Part shown: in pieces, positions 50,296 to 64,000 of the stretch
How positions within the stretch are numbered: the first letter of the stretch is position 1
Layout of the letters: each line of letters starts with the position of its first letter
Assembly: GCF_006345805.1 (NCBI RefSeq)
Contig: NC_043012.1
Span: forward strand, 52,266,001-52,330,000
Direction: 5' to 3'
DNA length: 64,000 nt
Origin: Octopus sinensis
Lineage: Eukaryota
Translations under genes and position numbers: made by a program
The notes under the pieces: generated by a model
Seen by the model: the letters and a program-made list of their open reading frames with translations, nothing else
What the model was told of the DNA's origin: nothing
Databases searched by the model: none

Positions 50296-51840
50296 ATATA
50301 TCATCTTGTATCTGATTATATGTGATACATGAGAGAGTCCATGTATGCTAACTCGTAAACAATATGTCAGTCCATATGAAGAAATTGATGGCGGAAATTA
50401 ATGGGAATATAAAAGTTTACTAGAATATTTTCTACGTTTCTCTTAATGAAAGAAAAGAAAAGCAGTTTCTTGTTTGTATTCGCTGATAGCCAAAACTAAT
50501 TAGTTAAGGGAATTAAACCCAATCAATGCCCTAATGCAGTTTTGTAATAAAATATTTTCTCCCTCTCTCTCTTTTTCTCTATTCCTTCCTTTCTTTTTCA
50601 CGTTTGTTATTATCCCGTTGTCTCCTTTTCTTTTGTGTCTTAGTAAGTCGACACAGTGTAGGAACAATTTCGATTAGTGTTTAGCTTTATTATATTAAAA
50701 ACTTATCAAAAACATCTTGAATAGTTGTAACTTCTTTGCAGTTATTGACGAAAATAAATTTAAAACATCTATTTGTTTAGACTAATTTATATTCTTGTTG
50801 TTTATGTTCCTGTTGGTGAGCAGGGGTTGTATCCTTTTCTTTAAATACCATTCTCTCATTCTAATTTTAATTTTCTTTATTATTCCTTCTCCCTTGTTTT
50901 TCTGTAATTTCCTTTTTATTACCAAGTTTTTCGTCTCAGAAAATATCTTTAAGAGTTTTTTGTCAACTTATTTTCGTTCACATTGCTTTGTGAATAAATC
51001 CTATTTTAAAACACCGACTGTTCTTTATGGACAATATTATTCACATTTAAATTTCAAATTCTACGTCAACCGATTTAATTTCAGAGATTTTTACATCAAT
51101 GTAGGCGCCGAAAGCAAAATCGTTCGTCATTTTACAAAAGCAATGGCCAGTAATGTAAATACAAAGGCTGAATTTTGAGTTCGCCTATATTTAATTAAAT
51201 TTCACATAAATTGATTAAAATATGATGGTCATCAAAAGGCCATATTAACCTTTCGGCTTTTTTACACACGACCACAACACACAACACACACATATTCATT
51301 TATAAATGCACACGCACACTCACACATATATTCAAACACATACAGAGGTATACATGCCCACATGCATACATAATCAGTCACATTTAAATAACATAGAAGA
51401 TATCACATGAAAATACTCACCGATATTTTAACGATCGAATATTTCTTGTGATAAACAAACATGGGTGTATGATCATGCATATGGTTGTATACAAGTGTGA
51501 GTGAACCTATGTATGTGCATAGAGGAGTTAGTCTGTATGCGAGTGTTTATGGTAAATAAATCTTTTACTCATATTCTTAATTGCGCACATATGCTTTAGA
51601 GTGATGGATGTTTATTGTTTTTGGCCAACATATTGTAAGTTTGGCACATATCTTTGCATACAGCAACTCCCACAAACAACACAGACCTACATATACGAAC
51701 TCTCAAATATATACACTTCAACGAATCGTATACAGTGATTCAGCCGAAAGAGCAGATGATACACACACATAAATTCTCTCAATATTCACACACACATATA
51801 TATATACATACATACATATATATATATATATATTATATAC

Positions 51841-51884
<44 letters not shown>

Positions 51885-52053
51885 GCACGTTTTCATATAT
51901 GATATATTTTATATATATATAATTATATATATATATATATTATATACATATAAATATATATATATATACATAAACATATATACATATATGTGTATGTGTA
52001 AAGTTTAAAATATACATATGCTTACAGGTGCATATCATATCAGAGTTTGATTA

Positions 52054-52104
<51 letters not shown>

Positions 52105-52146
52105 TATATGTATGTATATATATGCATATATATGTATGTTCATATG

Positions 52147-52183
<37 letters not shown>

Positions 52184-52290
52184 CATACATACTTGATCAT
52201 TTTTTCTCTTTACACGCGCGCAAACACACAACACACATTTATAAATATGCATAAACAGACACACATATATGTATGAATGTATACACACAC

Positions 52291-52355
<65 letters not shown>

Positions 52356-52654
52356 ATATATATATAAGATATATAAATACACGCACACACACACACATAC
52401 AGCCTGTGAACGTTAACATGCCAACAAAACAGGCTGACTAGAACAGAATTATATCTAGTTCATACACCTAATCACTTGAAAGTAATTTGTTTCTCACTTT
52501 TCATTTTTTCTTTCATTATAAATTTTTTTACCGCGCAAATTTCTTTTGAATCTTCCGCTACATAAACAGAAATATGCCTAAACTGTCTTTGATACACACA
52601 TTTGTATTTAGTTGATTATATTATTATGATTTATCGTCATTATTACAATTATTA

Positions 52655-52724
<70 letters not shown>

Positions 52725-53566
52725 TATTATTACTATTATTATTATTATACTTTTTGCATTTTCCTATCCTAAATTTATTTCCTTTTGTTCTTCTGTTTTT
52801 CTCTGCGTTCAAGAAAATCTTTTTCATAATTTTACTTAATTCTTTTGATTTAATATTTTATTTCTTAGTTAATATTATTATTTTTTATAAAGATACATAT
52901 TTTTGCTTTGTATTTCAATTTTATTAATTTCTTTATTTTGCTGTTCCGTTCGTCGTTGTTTTTGTTTTGTTTATTTGTGGAGTTTTTTTTTTATCAAAGG
53001 AATTCTTTAGAAAAATTTCAAATATCTTTCTGGATTCATGATAAAAGAATTGAAGAAAAATTCTATTTGAATAAATCTTCATTAGAGAAGTCGATGTTTA
53101 TTTATGAACTTTTACAAAGAACGCAAGAAGTTTCTGCGTCGTGTTTGGGTGAAACAAAGCTGCTAGATTGATTGCTATATATCTTTACGAAACAACAGTT
53201 TCAAATGTTCATGACCTTACTCAGATTTTGGAAAAGGCGATTGATTCTTTTTACCAATGTTTATTAATTAGCGATTATTCTTGTATTATTTAAGAGGATG
53301 TGAGTAATACAGGCCGTAAAGTTTCGCTTTCTTACCTTGACGAATGCATAATGATTAAAAATCTCTTTAATTAATTTATACTCCGATAGTTGTAACTTTT
53401 TTGACCAGAGTTAGTTTTTAAGATATTGATTAGCTTGCCTCACCATTGTTGTGATTTAATTCATTCTAATTTAATGGGGACCTAAATTCAATGTCTTAGC
53501 TATCACTTATACACGTCCAGGTTCCTGTCAATGGCACACATTAGATCAGTCCGTTCAAGTATGATT

Positions 53567-53805
53567 CTTTCTTTCTTTGCGCCCTTTTAAAGCCTAGCCA
53601 GGCTCATGAGCCCGGTTTCCCTGTTTCAATGGACGGGACGCCAGTCCATCGCAGCGTTACACGTTTTTGCCAGCTGAGTGGACTGGAGCAACATCAAATG
53701 AAGTGTTTTGCTCAAGAACACAACGCGTCGCCCGGTCCAGGAATCGAAACCACAATCTTACGATCATGATGCTGACACCCTAACCACTAAGCTACGCGCC
53801 TCCAC
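53567..53805 (-). mobile_element. tRNA-derived SINE family D with a 12-bp TSD
   Basis: Minus strand: TAGCTTAGTGG A box, GGTTTCGATTCC B box, central TTCTTGAGCAAAACACTT..CTCCAGTCCACTCAGCTGG; TSD TCAAGTATGATT at 53555-53566 and 53806-53817. Confidence 0.92.
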
Positions 53806-53879
53806 TCAAGTATGATTACATAAAATAAAATGCTAAGAGAACGGTAGTTGTCTGCATTGGCACGTTTTATTATTTGCAA

Positions 53880-54290
53880 AAGTCATAGAAATTACCATGG
53901 TCAGTGGAATATTCAATCATCGGCACATGGTACTTCTTCAGGTGTCTGAAGAGGTGCCAGCCACCGAGAACAAAGCTTCATCATGCAGAATATTCTCCAC
54001 TCTCCCACGGAATGCTGCTAATAGATTTTGCCATTTGATTTATTGCCAGTCACCTGTCATCGTCCACCATGTGGTGAACATAATCAACATGATGGTAGCA
54101 GTCGACGGACATTCATATCTTAGTCATCTTTTTGCACTACTGATAAACCTGGAGTGTCATGCCCTACTGTAGGAAACATATCAGCATGAATGTCATTGAG
54201 GAAAGTGGGGGGTTAACCTATCTATGGGCACTTGATAACACTACGATGACAAATTGTATCCAATTTCAAGATATGTCTCTGCTAGATATA
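53880..54290 (-). mobile_element. Mariner transposase N-terminal remnant
   Basis: Across frameshifts: HRSVIK, DIHADMFPTVGHDTPGLSVVQK, DYVHHMVDDDR*LAINQMA, RVENILHDE, SRWLAPLQTPEE (mariner ARWVPRLLTPEQ equivalent). Confidence 0.8.
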
Positions 54291-54453
54291 TATGTGAATC
54301 TTCTTTGAGTAGTCAGATATCAGTGGAAAGAATGGAGAGATGGAATTAATGCATGTATGATTCCACAGCACTAGCATCCCTCCAATATAGCCAGACTATA
54401 AACTTTTCAGCCCACTCTTGGACACATAATTACATATGCAACTGTATGTAAGT

Positions 54454-54580
54454 TGTTCTATATTTAAGAGATGAGGAATTATGTATATTATTTACTTAAT
54501 TTACATTTGTCCTCATCTTCTTTGTTGTTAACACAACGTTTCGGCTGATATACCACCCAGCCTTCATCAGGTGTCTTGGG
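54454..54580 (-). mobile_element. 5'-truncated third copy of the HHR-tail element
   Basis: Matches the 21330-21470 tail through AATTCCTCATCTCTTAAATATAGAAC. Confidence 0.88.
54530..54575 (-). ncRNA. Minimal type I hammerhead ribozyme, intact
   Basis: GACAC CTGATGA A GGCTG GGTGGTATAT CAGCC GAAA CGTT GTGTT. Confidence 0.85.
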
Positions 54581-54859
54581 TTCTCACACACTCACATTTA
54601 TATATACCCTCACGCTATTGTTCCGAAGGACTCCATAACTAGAATTATCGTAAGATCAGCATCGTAGATGATAAAACGAAAAGCAACAGAGCAATTAGAT
54701 ATGTCCTATTATTACTACTTTAGGAAAGTGTATGAGTACACCCCCCTCCACCCACCCCAAAATGAAAATTCCAAACTGCTGAGCTTCCGAAACATGAAAG
54801 ATCCGAACTCATCTTTGCATGACATATATCTGTTTGAAAATATGCGAAAGAAAGCAGTT

Positions 54860-55130
54860 TTAAGTGAATGGACGCAGTTTCTAGGCAAACTATGACACAT
54901 TGAGAATGGTAGAACAGTCTCCTCTGTAATATAGTGTTGATCGTTCTTCAAATCAGGCTTCAGCATAAGATAGAAGAAATCCTTGCATGCGATCAAGCCA
55001 GATTCAAATAAAAAAAAGAAGGAATATATCAGCGCAGACATTGATATATCAGGGAAGCGTTAGAGAAAAATCCATTGGAAACAATATGATCTGTTCCATC
55101 ATTTCATACAAGATATACTACGCAACACTC
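54860..55130 (+). mobile_element. Highly degenerate non-LTR reverse transcriptase remnant (RTE-like)
   Basis: IVLIVLQIRLQHKIEEILACDQARFK resembles the RL...IE..L..EQAGFR motif, followed by DLFHHFI. Confidence 0.45.
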
Positions 55131-55639
55131 TGATATTTTCACGCCCTACAATCTGCTAACGATAATGATACAAGAAGCAACATCGAAGTACAGAAATTCT
55201 AGACACTGAACATCAGACTGGAAGCAAAATAAAACGAAGTTTCCCAGTAAACAGGCAAAAGCATGACGAAACAAGCAACTAGGACCATTACAGAGTCCAT
55301 TACAGTAAGGAATATAGCTCCATGAAAATATAAAAATACAGTCTGAGCCTGGACTCAACAATGTGGCTCGTCTTCGATGTGACGGAGGACAGAATTATGT
55401 GCAGATTACCAACTGCTAAAGCGTCTAGAGTGAATATTACAACAACTGGCTCAAACCAGGTATAAGGATTCCCATGCGACGGGAGATAGTTTACGACATT
55501 TGTTGTGCTTTTGATGTCTATTGAGAAGGAAACATGTGAACACATTTGTTTTGATCGCAGACAATATGTCTGTTCTTCTCCTTAATGACATGAGTTTCTC
55601 TCACTTTCTCATATGGGGTGATGAATTTTCACAATTGTA

Positions 55640-56110
55640 CACAGTTTCTCTTCCCTATTCCAAATCATTACATCAGGTCAGTTGCGCTTACATTTTATCG
55701 AGGTCTTCGCCGAGGCATTCCACCAGTACTCCATTTTCTTATGAGTGGCTATGATTTCTAGCATACTGTGGGTTCGTATTTCTTTCTCCTCGAGATTATC
55801 CTTCCGACGGATTTCATTATGGGTTTTCGTAGCTACAACTTCATGTCTCGTCGGAAGATAATATCGTGGTGACATTTTCGGACAACTGCTTATGACGTGG
55901 GTGATATCTTCGGTGTTAACCCCACAAAGTCTGGATCGGTCGTCACACTTTACTGCTTTTCCTGCATCTCCATCTCCTATATGCATCAGGGACTTGATTG
56001 ATATTTCCTGTTCCTGGATTGCAAACGCATACCCTTCAAAGCGGGAGATAATAATCCAGCTATTGGTCCATGATATGGATGTATGGATATAACAAAACAC
56101 ATATTAGACA
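55640..56110 (-). mobile_element. R4/Dong-like LINE fragment (zinc knuckle to RLE)
   Basis: EGYAFAIQEQEIS...RLCGVNTEDITHVISSCPKMSPRYYLPTRHEVVA...EYWWN, then PDVMIWNREEKLCTIV. Confidence 0.8.
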
Positions 56111-56333
56111 TATGTTTACACAAATTATGTACGCCATGAATGATCTTTCTAGCATATGCTGCATATTGATGAAAAATAGTCTAATTGATTGTACTGATCG
56201 CAGCAGTGTATATCATTTCATGTTCCAAACATTTATATTTGCATTGAGTTCTTCAGACTTCTACATTTTTTAACTGTGCAAACTTTCACAGTGACAAACG
56301 CACTCTCATTCCTACACATAGAGGCTGTGTAGC

Positions 56334-56334
<1 letters not shown>

Positions 56335-56422
<88 letters not shown>

Positions 56423-56512
56423 GACGGGCAGATAGAAAGATAGATAGATAGTTGGATAGACAGATAGAGAGATAGATAGATAGGTAGATAGATGGATGGA
56501 TAGATAGACAGT

Positions 56513-56596
<84 letters not shown>

Positions 56597-56600
56597 GATA
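56335..56600. repeat. (GATA)n array
   Basis: Read directly. Confidence 0.95.
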
Positions 56601-57625
56601 GACTGATAGATAGATACATACATAGATATATACATACATATATGCATATATACATATATACACACACACACAAAGACACACACATATATGTGCATACGCG
56701 CACATACATAGAAGTATATAAGTGTGTGGGTGTGGGTTCGTCATTAAATACATATATGCGTGTGTGAGTGTGTATGTGTGTGTGTCTGCGTGTATGTCTC
56801 TGTGTACGTATCTATGTATTTATGTATGTATGTATGCATGTACATACATGCGCATCTTTAGATGTTCATGAGTTTTAATATTTGATCAAAAATACACTTT
56901 GTCTTTCAAATATAAATACCCAAATAATAAAAGGATCGATGCCAAGTCATAAGAAATTAACAGAAATCGATATACTATTAGCTAACAATCTGAAAGTATC
57001 TTCAATTGAACCGCCGGCTGACATCTTGTTTTCTGCCAATGTTTTAAGTGGCATTAAACTTATTGGATTCAACTGGTACTATTTGCCAGCTATGATTATA
57101 TAATATCCTAACCTTCTCTTTCTGTGGAAGCATATTGACTTCTGTATGAATTCATAAATAATTAAGAAATATTTTCTTATTTGCCAATGGGGGTATTATT
57201 GAGAAAAGATGGCCTATTGTTCTCTCTAACCTCATATTTTATTAATAAATTCCGTACGGATGATCGTAATAGTGTTGTTACAGCTGTTGACTTCCCATAG
57301 GTAAATTTCGCTGAAGAAAAATAACATATTATTTCTGACATCTTACACTACGAACTCCCTCCCTCTCTCTTTCTTTCTTTCTTTCTTTCTATCTCCTCTT
57401 TATCTCATGATCTGTCTTTCTATTTTACACTTAGTCATTCTTTGGCTTGTTCATATACATACATACATACATATATATATATATAATATATATATATATA
57501 CATATGTATATGTATATATATATGTATGTATGTATATATACATATGTGGATATATATATATATGTATGTATATATATATTTATATATATATATATATATA
57601 TAATATGTATATATACATATGTATA

Positions 57626-57663
<38 letters not shown>

Positions 57664-57770
57664 AATTTACATATTTTATGTAAATTTATTTTAACATATA
57701 TATATGTGCCTATATATATATATATATATTATATATATATATATATACATAGAGAGAGAGAGAGAGAGAA

Positions 57771-57831
<61 letters not shown>

Positions 57832-58454
57832 AACATAAATTTACATAAAATATACGTATGAGTATATGTATGTGTGTGTATGCACATATATACTTACAAA
57901 CACACACACACACGCACCTACACACACGCGCATATATATAGATAGATATACTTACATATAAACATAATATGAATATGTGTGTGTTTTGTATGGGGTGGGG
58001 TGGGTGGTGTGGTTAAGATTTATTTTGAAGTTTTGTATCGATTGAAGCAAACTTATTTGAAAGCCGTAATAAAATGATTTTAATAAATACATGTTTTTAT
58101 TGCTTCATATTCAAAATTCATATTGTCCTTTTCAAAGTTTACTAAGGGACAAAGAAAAAAAGACAGGAAATTGTTTTCATAAAGTAACAATATATATCGA
58201 CTTCTTTTCTAGGGACAAAACCACTATGAAATGTTGTGAATAAAACTGTGAGTAGAAAATAGCCGCCACTGAACCTTGTCAGATATCGCATCTAGATTCT
58301 ATCCCTGTAGCAGTGAGTCATAACAAAACTTTCAAGAAGTATAGGTTAAATATAAAACTATATCTTTGTTTTACTAAAACTGCATATGGCAGTCAGATGA
58401 TTAATAAAAACCTGCATGTATGAATATTTAATTTAAACATGCATACATGCATGG

Positions 58455-58728
58455 TTGTAGCACGCTGGGTGAAATGCGTATCCGTATTTCGTCTGCCGTT
58501 ACGTTCTGAGTTCAAATTCCGCCAAGGTCGACTTTGCTTTTCATCCTTTCGGGGTCTATAAATTAAGTACCAGTAACGCACTGGGGTCGATGTAATTGAC
58601 TTAATCCGTCTGTCTGTCCTTGTTTGTCCCCTCTGTGTTTAGCCCTTTGTGAGTAGTAAACAAATAGGCATTTCGTCTGCCGCTACGTTCTGAGTTCAAA
58701 TTCTGCCGAGGTCGACTTTGCCTTTCAT
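58455..58728 (+). mobile_element. SINE family A variant plus a partial tandem second copy
   Basis: TTCGTCTGCCG.TACGTTCTGAGTTCAAATTC..CC.AGGTCGACTTTGC occurs twice. Confidence 0.88.
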
Positions 58729-58734
58729 GTGGAC

Positions 58735-59830
58735 TCAAAGGCCAGTGTCCCATAAAAATTCCCATTTATTACCTTTATCCCCACTTAAATGTGAACGTTT
58801 TTTTTTTGGCGGGGTGGGGTTTAGCAAAGGTCTATGCTGCGGTTACTACCATGAGAGAAACTCTCATATTAGCTTTTAGTGCAAAATTCACTCTGGTTTA
58901 TATCGCTAGTGGGTAGAAATAGATTTCTTTTTTGGTCACGCAAGGCTCAACACAGACGGAACAAAATACAAAGTAGAGCTTTTCTTTTGGGGAAGAAGAG
59001 AAGGAAAGAAAGAAAGAAAACAATGTGTTGGATTCCGATGAAAAGGGATCGTGGAAAAAAAAGAAAAAAGTGGGGACGATTAATAGGGATCGGAAATGTC
59101 AATGTAAAAAGGGAAAACAGTTTAGGTTTGTCCGTGGATAGAAAAGCCTATGGAAAAGACCACGGGAACTTTGGGCAATTGTGTCATGCAAAAAGAAAAC
59201 ACATTATAGTAAGTGGCTCTCTTTTTATTTTCCTTTTGGTTCATAGGATTATGCTCAGGCTGGCTCCGTCATTTAGACATGCCATACTTGCTATAGTCAC
59301 TTATCTTTTTTTGAAACATTCACTAAACAAAACTTCCCCCCCACTCTCACCTTCCTCTTCAAGTGATACTTGTAGAAGTTGATGAGAGATTGACCAGATA
59401 GGAAAGTGTTTGTCTCGAGACTTTTCAGACGCGTCCACCATATACATTGTTTCATCATAGCCACAAATACGATGAAAATGGCTCTTCCTTCCCGTTTCAA
59501 GGAAGGAGGTGCGACAATATTCACGATAGACACGGTTGATAAACCGACTCGTCCCACACTCGATAGAAGTCGTTCGACATAGGCCCACAGGTCGGAAATG
59601 GTTGGATGCTGTACGAGTGCTTGCAGAACGGTTTCGTCGCTCTGGACAGGTCGGCCCCGTGTTTCTTGTGCCATGCCTGTAGAGCTTATCCCGAACGGGT
59701 AGCGCTTCTCGGTAGCACTGCCAGGCCAGGGATCTCTGGAAGTAGTCCATGGGCCCTGGCCCGAAAGAGTGGGTAGAAATAATCAACACCGCATCCTGCA
59801 TCGAGACTACCAGGTGTCTCCTAACAGAAC
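58735..59830 (-). mobile_element. 5'-truncated L1/Tx1-like LINE: ORF2 C-terminus (zf-RVT-like) and 3' UTR
   Basis: LAWQCYREALPVRDKLYRHG...TCP / DETVLQALVQHP.ISDLWAYVERLL...IWWTR...YHLKRKVRV; pyrimidine-rich 3' UTR with AATAAA on the minus strand near 58766. Confidence 0.8.
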
Positions 59831-62121
59831 ATCCACTTTAAAGTGAGAGCAAATATCACATCTTGATATAAATACACCTCTCTCACTAATATATAACATT
59901 CATAATGTATATACAGAGTTTAAACGCACTTTCCATGTGTTGTTTAACACACAAGTCTCTCTAAGTAGTGTGTCACAGAGATGACACTGCTAATACCGTC
60001 CTACGTTTGTATTATATATATATGAATCTACCACTATTCTTATGTTACTTAAATGCTGTTTTTAGTGATAGTATCAATTTATTCTAGACTAGCCAGTTTT
60101 AGCACAAATTTGTGAATGTTTTCTTTACTGATTTTGGAATAATTATTTTTCGGTTTGGCTCAGAATACCAAATGATTTTCATCATTGAGGAGACGAAATT
60201 AGGTCGAAAAACTAAGGTCTGATGACTTAGCAAATGCATTCAGCCTAAACGTGTTTCGTAACATACAAGCCACTTTGAAGATTTCTCTGAGACTAAGCAT
60301 TACATCAAGTACTATACCACGTTTCTATATGCATCTTATATCGTTATTTTAATATAATGCTCTTTCGTGTGTATTTATTAATTTATATGCGGGTTTGTTT
60401 ATTCGATTTTACGATGAACAACTGTAAAAAAAAAACAAGTAATTTGTAATTATCGAAATCAATGTATGCTACTGCAACAGATGAACTCCAACAATGAAGT
60501 GGATAATATTATACTATACAATAAGTGAAATCCAACGATACTGTAATTTGCAATATAGAAAACGATGTTAATTATGACCCTAGTTAACACTGACGGATTT
60601 GTAATAGATTAGGGTTTTTTATGTATGTGTGAATAAGTTGTCATTCGGCAGATCATAGCACGAATATATTTGACTGATAAGTTGCATATTGATAAACAGA
60701 AGCTTATTTGTAAATTTATTTATGAAAGAAAAGGAATGATGTCCACAAAAAGGAGATATGCTTAAGAATGTCAGAGGAAATAGGAATTAATACTCATGTA
60801 TATGTTTTGAAAACAGAGAACGATTTGTCAAAGGTAAATTTTTAACTAAGGTTTCTACTACAGGAAATGAAATGAGAAAAGCAAACGTAATAGGTTAATG
60901 TTCTACAATATTCTATTAATCTTCACTCCCCGCAGGACGTAAAGCATTTGTGAATAATTACACACATATAGTTAAATATGATAAAACAACGTTGAATATA
61001 ATGTAGAATATATCTTTCAAATATTTAGCGAATTAACGAACAACCCATGATCTACTGCTGTAATCTCAGTCAAGCAAACTATCAGGAACAGCGATCGCCA
61101 TATTTCCCTATTCCAAAGGCTATTATAGTGGCATGAACTACGCTATTCTGCATTAGAGGTGTATTTTAAGAAACTTTACCTACAGCATTGTAACCACTTT
61201 AAAAACTTCAGTAATGAATTTGTAATTGTATCAAATACATGGGGCCGGGGAGAGAATAGCTAAGATTTAATTGATCTAATATTGCCTTTCTATCTACTGG
61301 AGGTTTTACAAAACAAAATTAAATAGATAAAATTTTACGTTCATTATAATTTCACATCTTGAGCAGACGTAAATGTATTTCCTTTAGTAGCAAGAATGTT
61401 TTCATTCCTATAATTACATTGCTACATTAAGACCATACGGACTTAAAATATTTTATTATCATCGTTACATGAAACCGAGACACTGTCGTTGACATTTATA
61501 GCACCTCAAGGGAGCTTTGACAACATTCATCTTCTCCTGTTACCTAATCGTGTATACTATGACGTATATGGAAGGTCGAACACGCACTTTTTAATGGCAA
61601 TATATGGAAGCTCATTGGCTCTCGTAATTGTCAAGTTAGTATGAAAACGGGAACCTGAAACAGATAATTCACAATGAAAACAATTGAAAAATAATTGAAT
61701 TGTTCAGCTTATTATTAGTGTCTCATTTATTCGTAGAATTTAATTAAACTTGGTGAAAGCTAGACATGATATAAATCACACAATTATTTAGAGACTGGCT
61801 CCAATATCCGATAATTTCATATTTAATTCCAGGTAACATCTGTATGCTTATATGATATTTTTCTTGTCTTGTAAACAATAGCAAGATTTTATAGAAACAT
61901 ATCGCCCTGGGTTAAAATGTTCACACAAAACCATATATAAAATGAATTGGTTAAATTAACTCTTATCGAATTAAAGAATGAGCGGCTCCTTCTTCGTTCG
62001 CCTTTGTAACTCTGTTTACCGCACGCGCACGCTGTATGCGTGTGTGTGTATATTATATCAAGAGTAATGTACCCTACTCAATTTCACCTTAAAATAATGT
62101 GTGTGTCTCCATGATACAGCG

Positions 62122-62181
62122 TTAGCTCCTACACGCATTTTTTTCTCTCCTTGTTTTTTTCTGTGTATCTTTCTGATGAGC
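62122..62181 (+). mobile_element. Truncated copy of the 31397 repeat, ending inside the HHR
   Basis: TTAGCTCCTACACGCATTTTTT.CTCTCCTTGTTT...CTGTGTATCTTT CTGATGA; shows the canonical core that is mutated at 31449. Confidence 0.8.
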
Positions 62182-62229
62182 AAAAGTGGTTCACGTTAAG
62201 TGAATATTTTTTCTCACTTAATTATGATA

Positions 62230-63830
62230 ATTGTTGTTTGGGGGCGTGCCGTGCCCCCTAAAAGTTTGTTCACTTTTTTGTGAATTTAAAAAAAAATTGC
62301 GAATTGCTGTTGTGGGGGAGTGTCTTTGCTTCCGAAGATTGAACGACTTGCATACCAGTTTTTATAGAAGTTGTGTGCTATTTGTGGCGTTCCGAGTTAG
62401 ACCTTGGCCGGGGGTACCTAGTGGCCGGAAGATTTTGTTGCTGTGTTTTTGAACTATTGACTTACTTTCTTCTAAATTTTTTTTGACTTTTCTTTTTTCG
62501 TGAATTCCTTCCATTTCATTGTGACTTTCTTTTGAATTCCTTCTTTTTCTTCTTTCTTTTTAAGTTTTATTTTGAACTATTTTCGAACTGTTATTACAAA
62601 CAAAATAACATGGCAATGAAAAAGGACAATGTTTTGGAGTGGGAAATTATACCAGCCAAACATTGGCTGAAAGACCTTGAAGAGAGAACGGTGGGGTTGA
62701 GGACTTACTCCAAGTCGCTCGACACCATCGCCCTATTTGAAAAGACTGTAATAAAAAAGGAGTTGGCAGAGTATCTGCCAACTATTAAATTAATATCCAG
62801 GGGGGTCAAATACGCAACTGTGTGGTTGTTATTTGATATTTCTGAAGAGGCTCGCAAATTTGCGAGTCGGCCCTTAGAGGGCAAAGAAATTTTCTTTCTT
62901 CCCACGTATTGAGAAGAGGTTGACAAGAGTAGACAATCCGCCGGAGTCTGGGTGGCAGCGGAGCCAAAATCCTTAATGTGGAACTTTTTCCTGAGGCTGA
63001 TTGGGTTAGGTCAAAATCTGTTTTGATCTTGTGCATCCAATCAGCCAATCTGGCTTTTCCAGATTTTTTGAAAATGGCCGGGTGCAGGTACCAGGTGATT
63101 CTTGAGGGTCACCCCTCCCCCAGGTGTCATCGGTGCCTGGAGCCTGGTCATATAAATAGAAACTGTCCCCAGGAACAAAGTAAGGTCCTGGAGCAGTTGG
63201 TTAAGACCTCTACAGAAGAGGGGACCAAGGCGGCCGAGGATGTGAAGGACTCCTCAAAGAAGGGCCGCAAGAGGAAGACGGTGAGCAATAATGGGTGCTC
63301 ACCGAAGGATTCTAGAGATGATGGAGCGGAGGTGAATCTCCCGGTCACGGTGGAGACGCACCCGCCATCAGGTGAGAAGAAAAAATAGTAAGAGGAAAAG
63401 AAACGGGACATCGCCGGCAGCCGGTGACATAGTACTGGAATGTCCCGGAAACTCGTCGGTGGGGGTCGTGCCACTGGAAGGGGAAGAGATAATGCTGATG
63501 GGAATTGTGCCGCCGACAGTAGAAGTGACTACCTTGTACCCGGAGGAAGGCGAATTATTGGTCTTTTTCTACAGAGGCGGAGAGGTGGAGAAGGTGTTGG
63601 AAAAGCAATATAAGGGAGTACATTTAGCCTGTAAACGAGATCCCGAATGGCCTCCGAAGATAGCTGTGGAGGTCATAACATTGCCTATGTTGCGCATGCT
63701 GCAGGTACTCAGAGAAGAATATCGCTTGTGGCTGGGCGACGACAACACGGCACCCGCCTTGTGCTTGAATGAGGCGTGGGTGATGGCGGAGAATAGGGTC
63801 ACAAGCGATCTTGGGGAGGAATATGGATAA
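62230..63830 (+). mobile_element. L1/Tx1-like LINE 5' region: 5' UTR and disrupted ORF1 with a CCHC zinc knuckle
   Basis: ATG at 62610; the ORF is broken by stops and frameshifts; CHRCLEPGHINRNC (CX2CX4HX4C); composition more GC-rich than the flanks; no ORF2 start visible before the window end. Confidence 0.72.
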
Positions 63831-64000
63831 GAGGTTGAAAAGCCTCAGTGTTATTGAAAGTTCCTAGTTTGGAAAAAATAAAGGTAAGAGGCTTATTTCC
63901 TCATTTTGTTATTGAATTCTGAACTATGTAAGAAGTTTGTTGCCTCATGAATAATATAAGAGATCAATGTTCTCGGGAAAAAAAACACCCATTAATCATC

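Noticed and set aside
53944-53975. CTGAAGA GGTG/CACC hairpin resembling an HHR 5' half
   Set aside because: It lies in the antisense of the mariner coding remnant; there is no GAAA, helix III or helix I.
60185-60245. TGAGGA-GAC/GTC-GAAA and a nearby CTGATGA
   Set aside because: The pieces do not assemble into one fold with helices I and III.

Overview
Gene-poor, AT-rich, repeat-dominated animal genomic DNA, probably octopus or another coleoid cephalopod (inferred from the SINE families and dense (TA)n, (TAA)n, (GATA)n and (CATA)n microsatellites). I cannot support any intact host protein-coding gene; nearly all ORFs in the track are microsatellite artefacts. The window holds many tRNA-derived SINEs, R4/Dong-like (RLE) LINE fragments inside microsatellites, RTE and L1/Tx1 fragments, a mariner remnant and several MITE-like elements. 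The main unexpected signal is a set of type I hammerhead ribozyme (HHR) motifs from at least four unrelated repeat families, most with a palindromic helix III, the form known from Penelope-like elements (PLEs). They often sit in head-to-head foldbacks at (TA)n tracts. One belongs to a degraded PLE with a GIY-YIG endonuclease remnant between ~700-bp inverted pseudo-LTRs (27795-29810). Another is the 3' module of a composite element: tRNA-like Pol III head + (TAA)n linker + HHR tail. This element occurs as an inverted dimer with a 12-bp target-site duplication (20978-21487) and may be a PLE-mobilised, ribozyme-bearing SINE. All calls come from reading the sequence by eye; no database searches were run.
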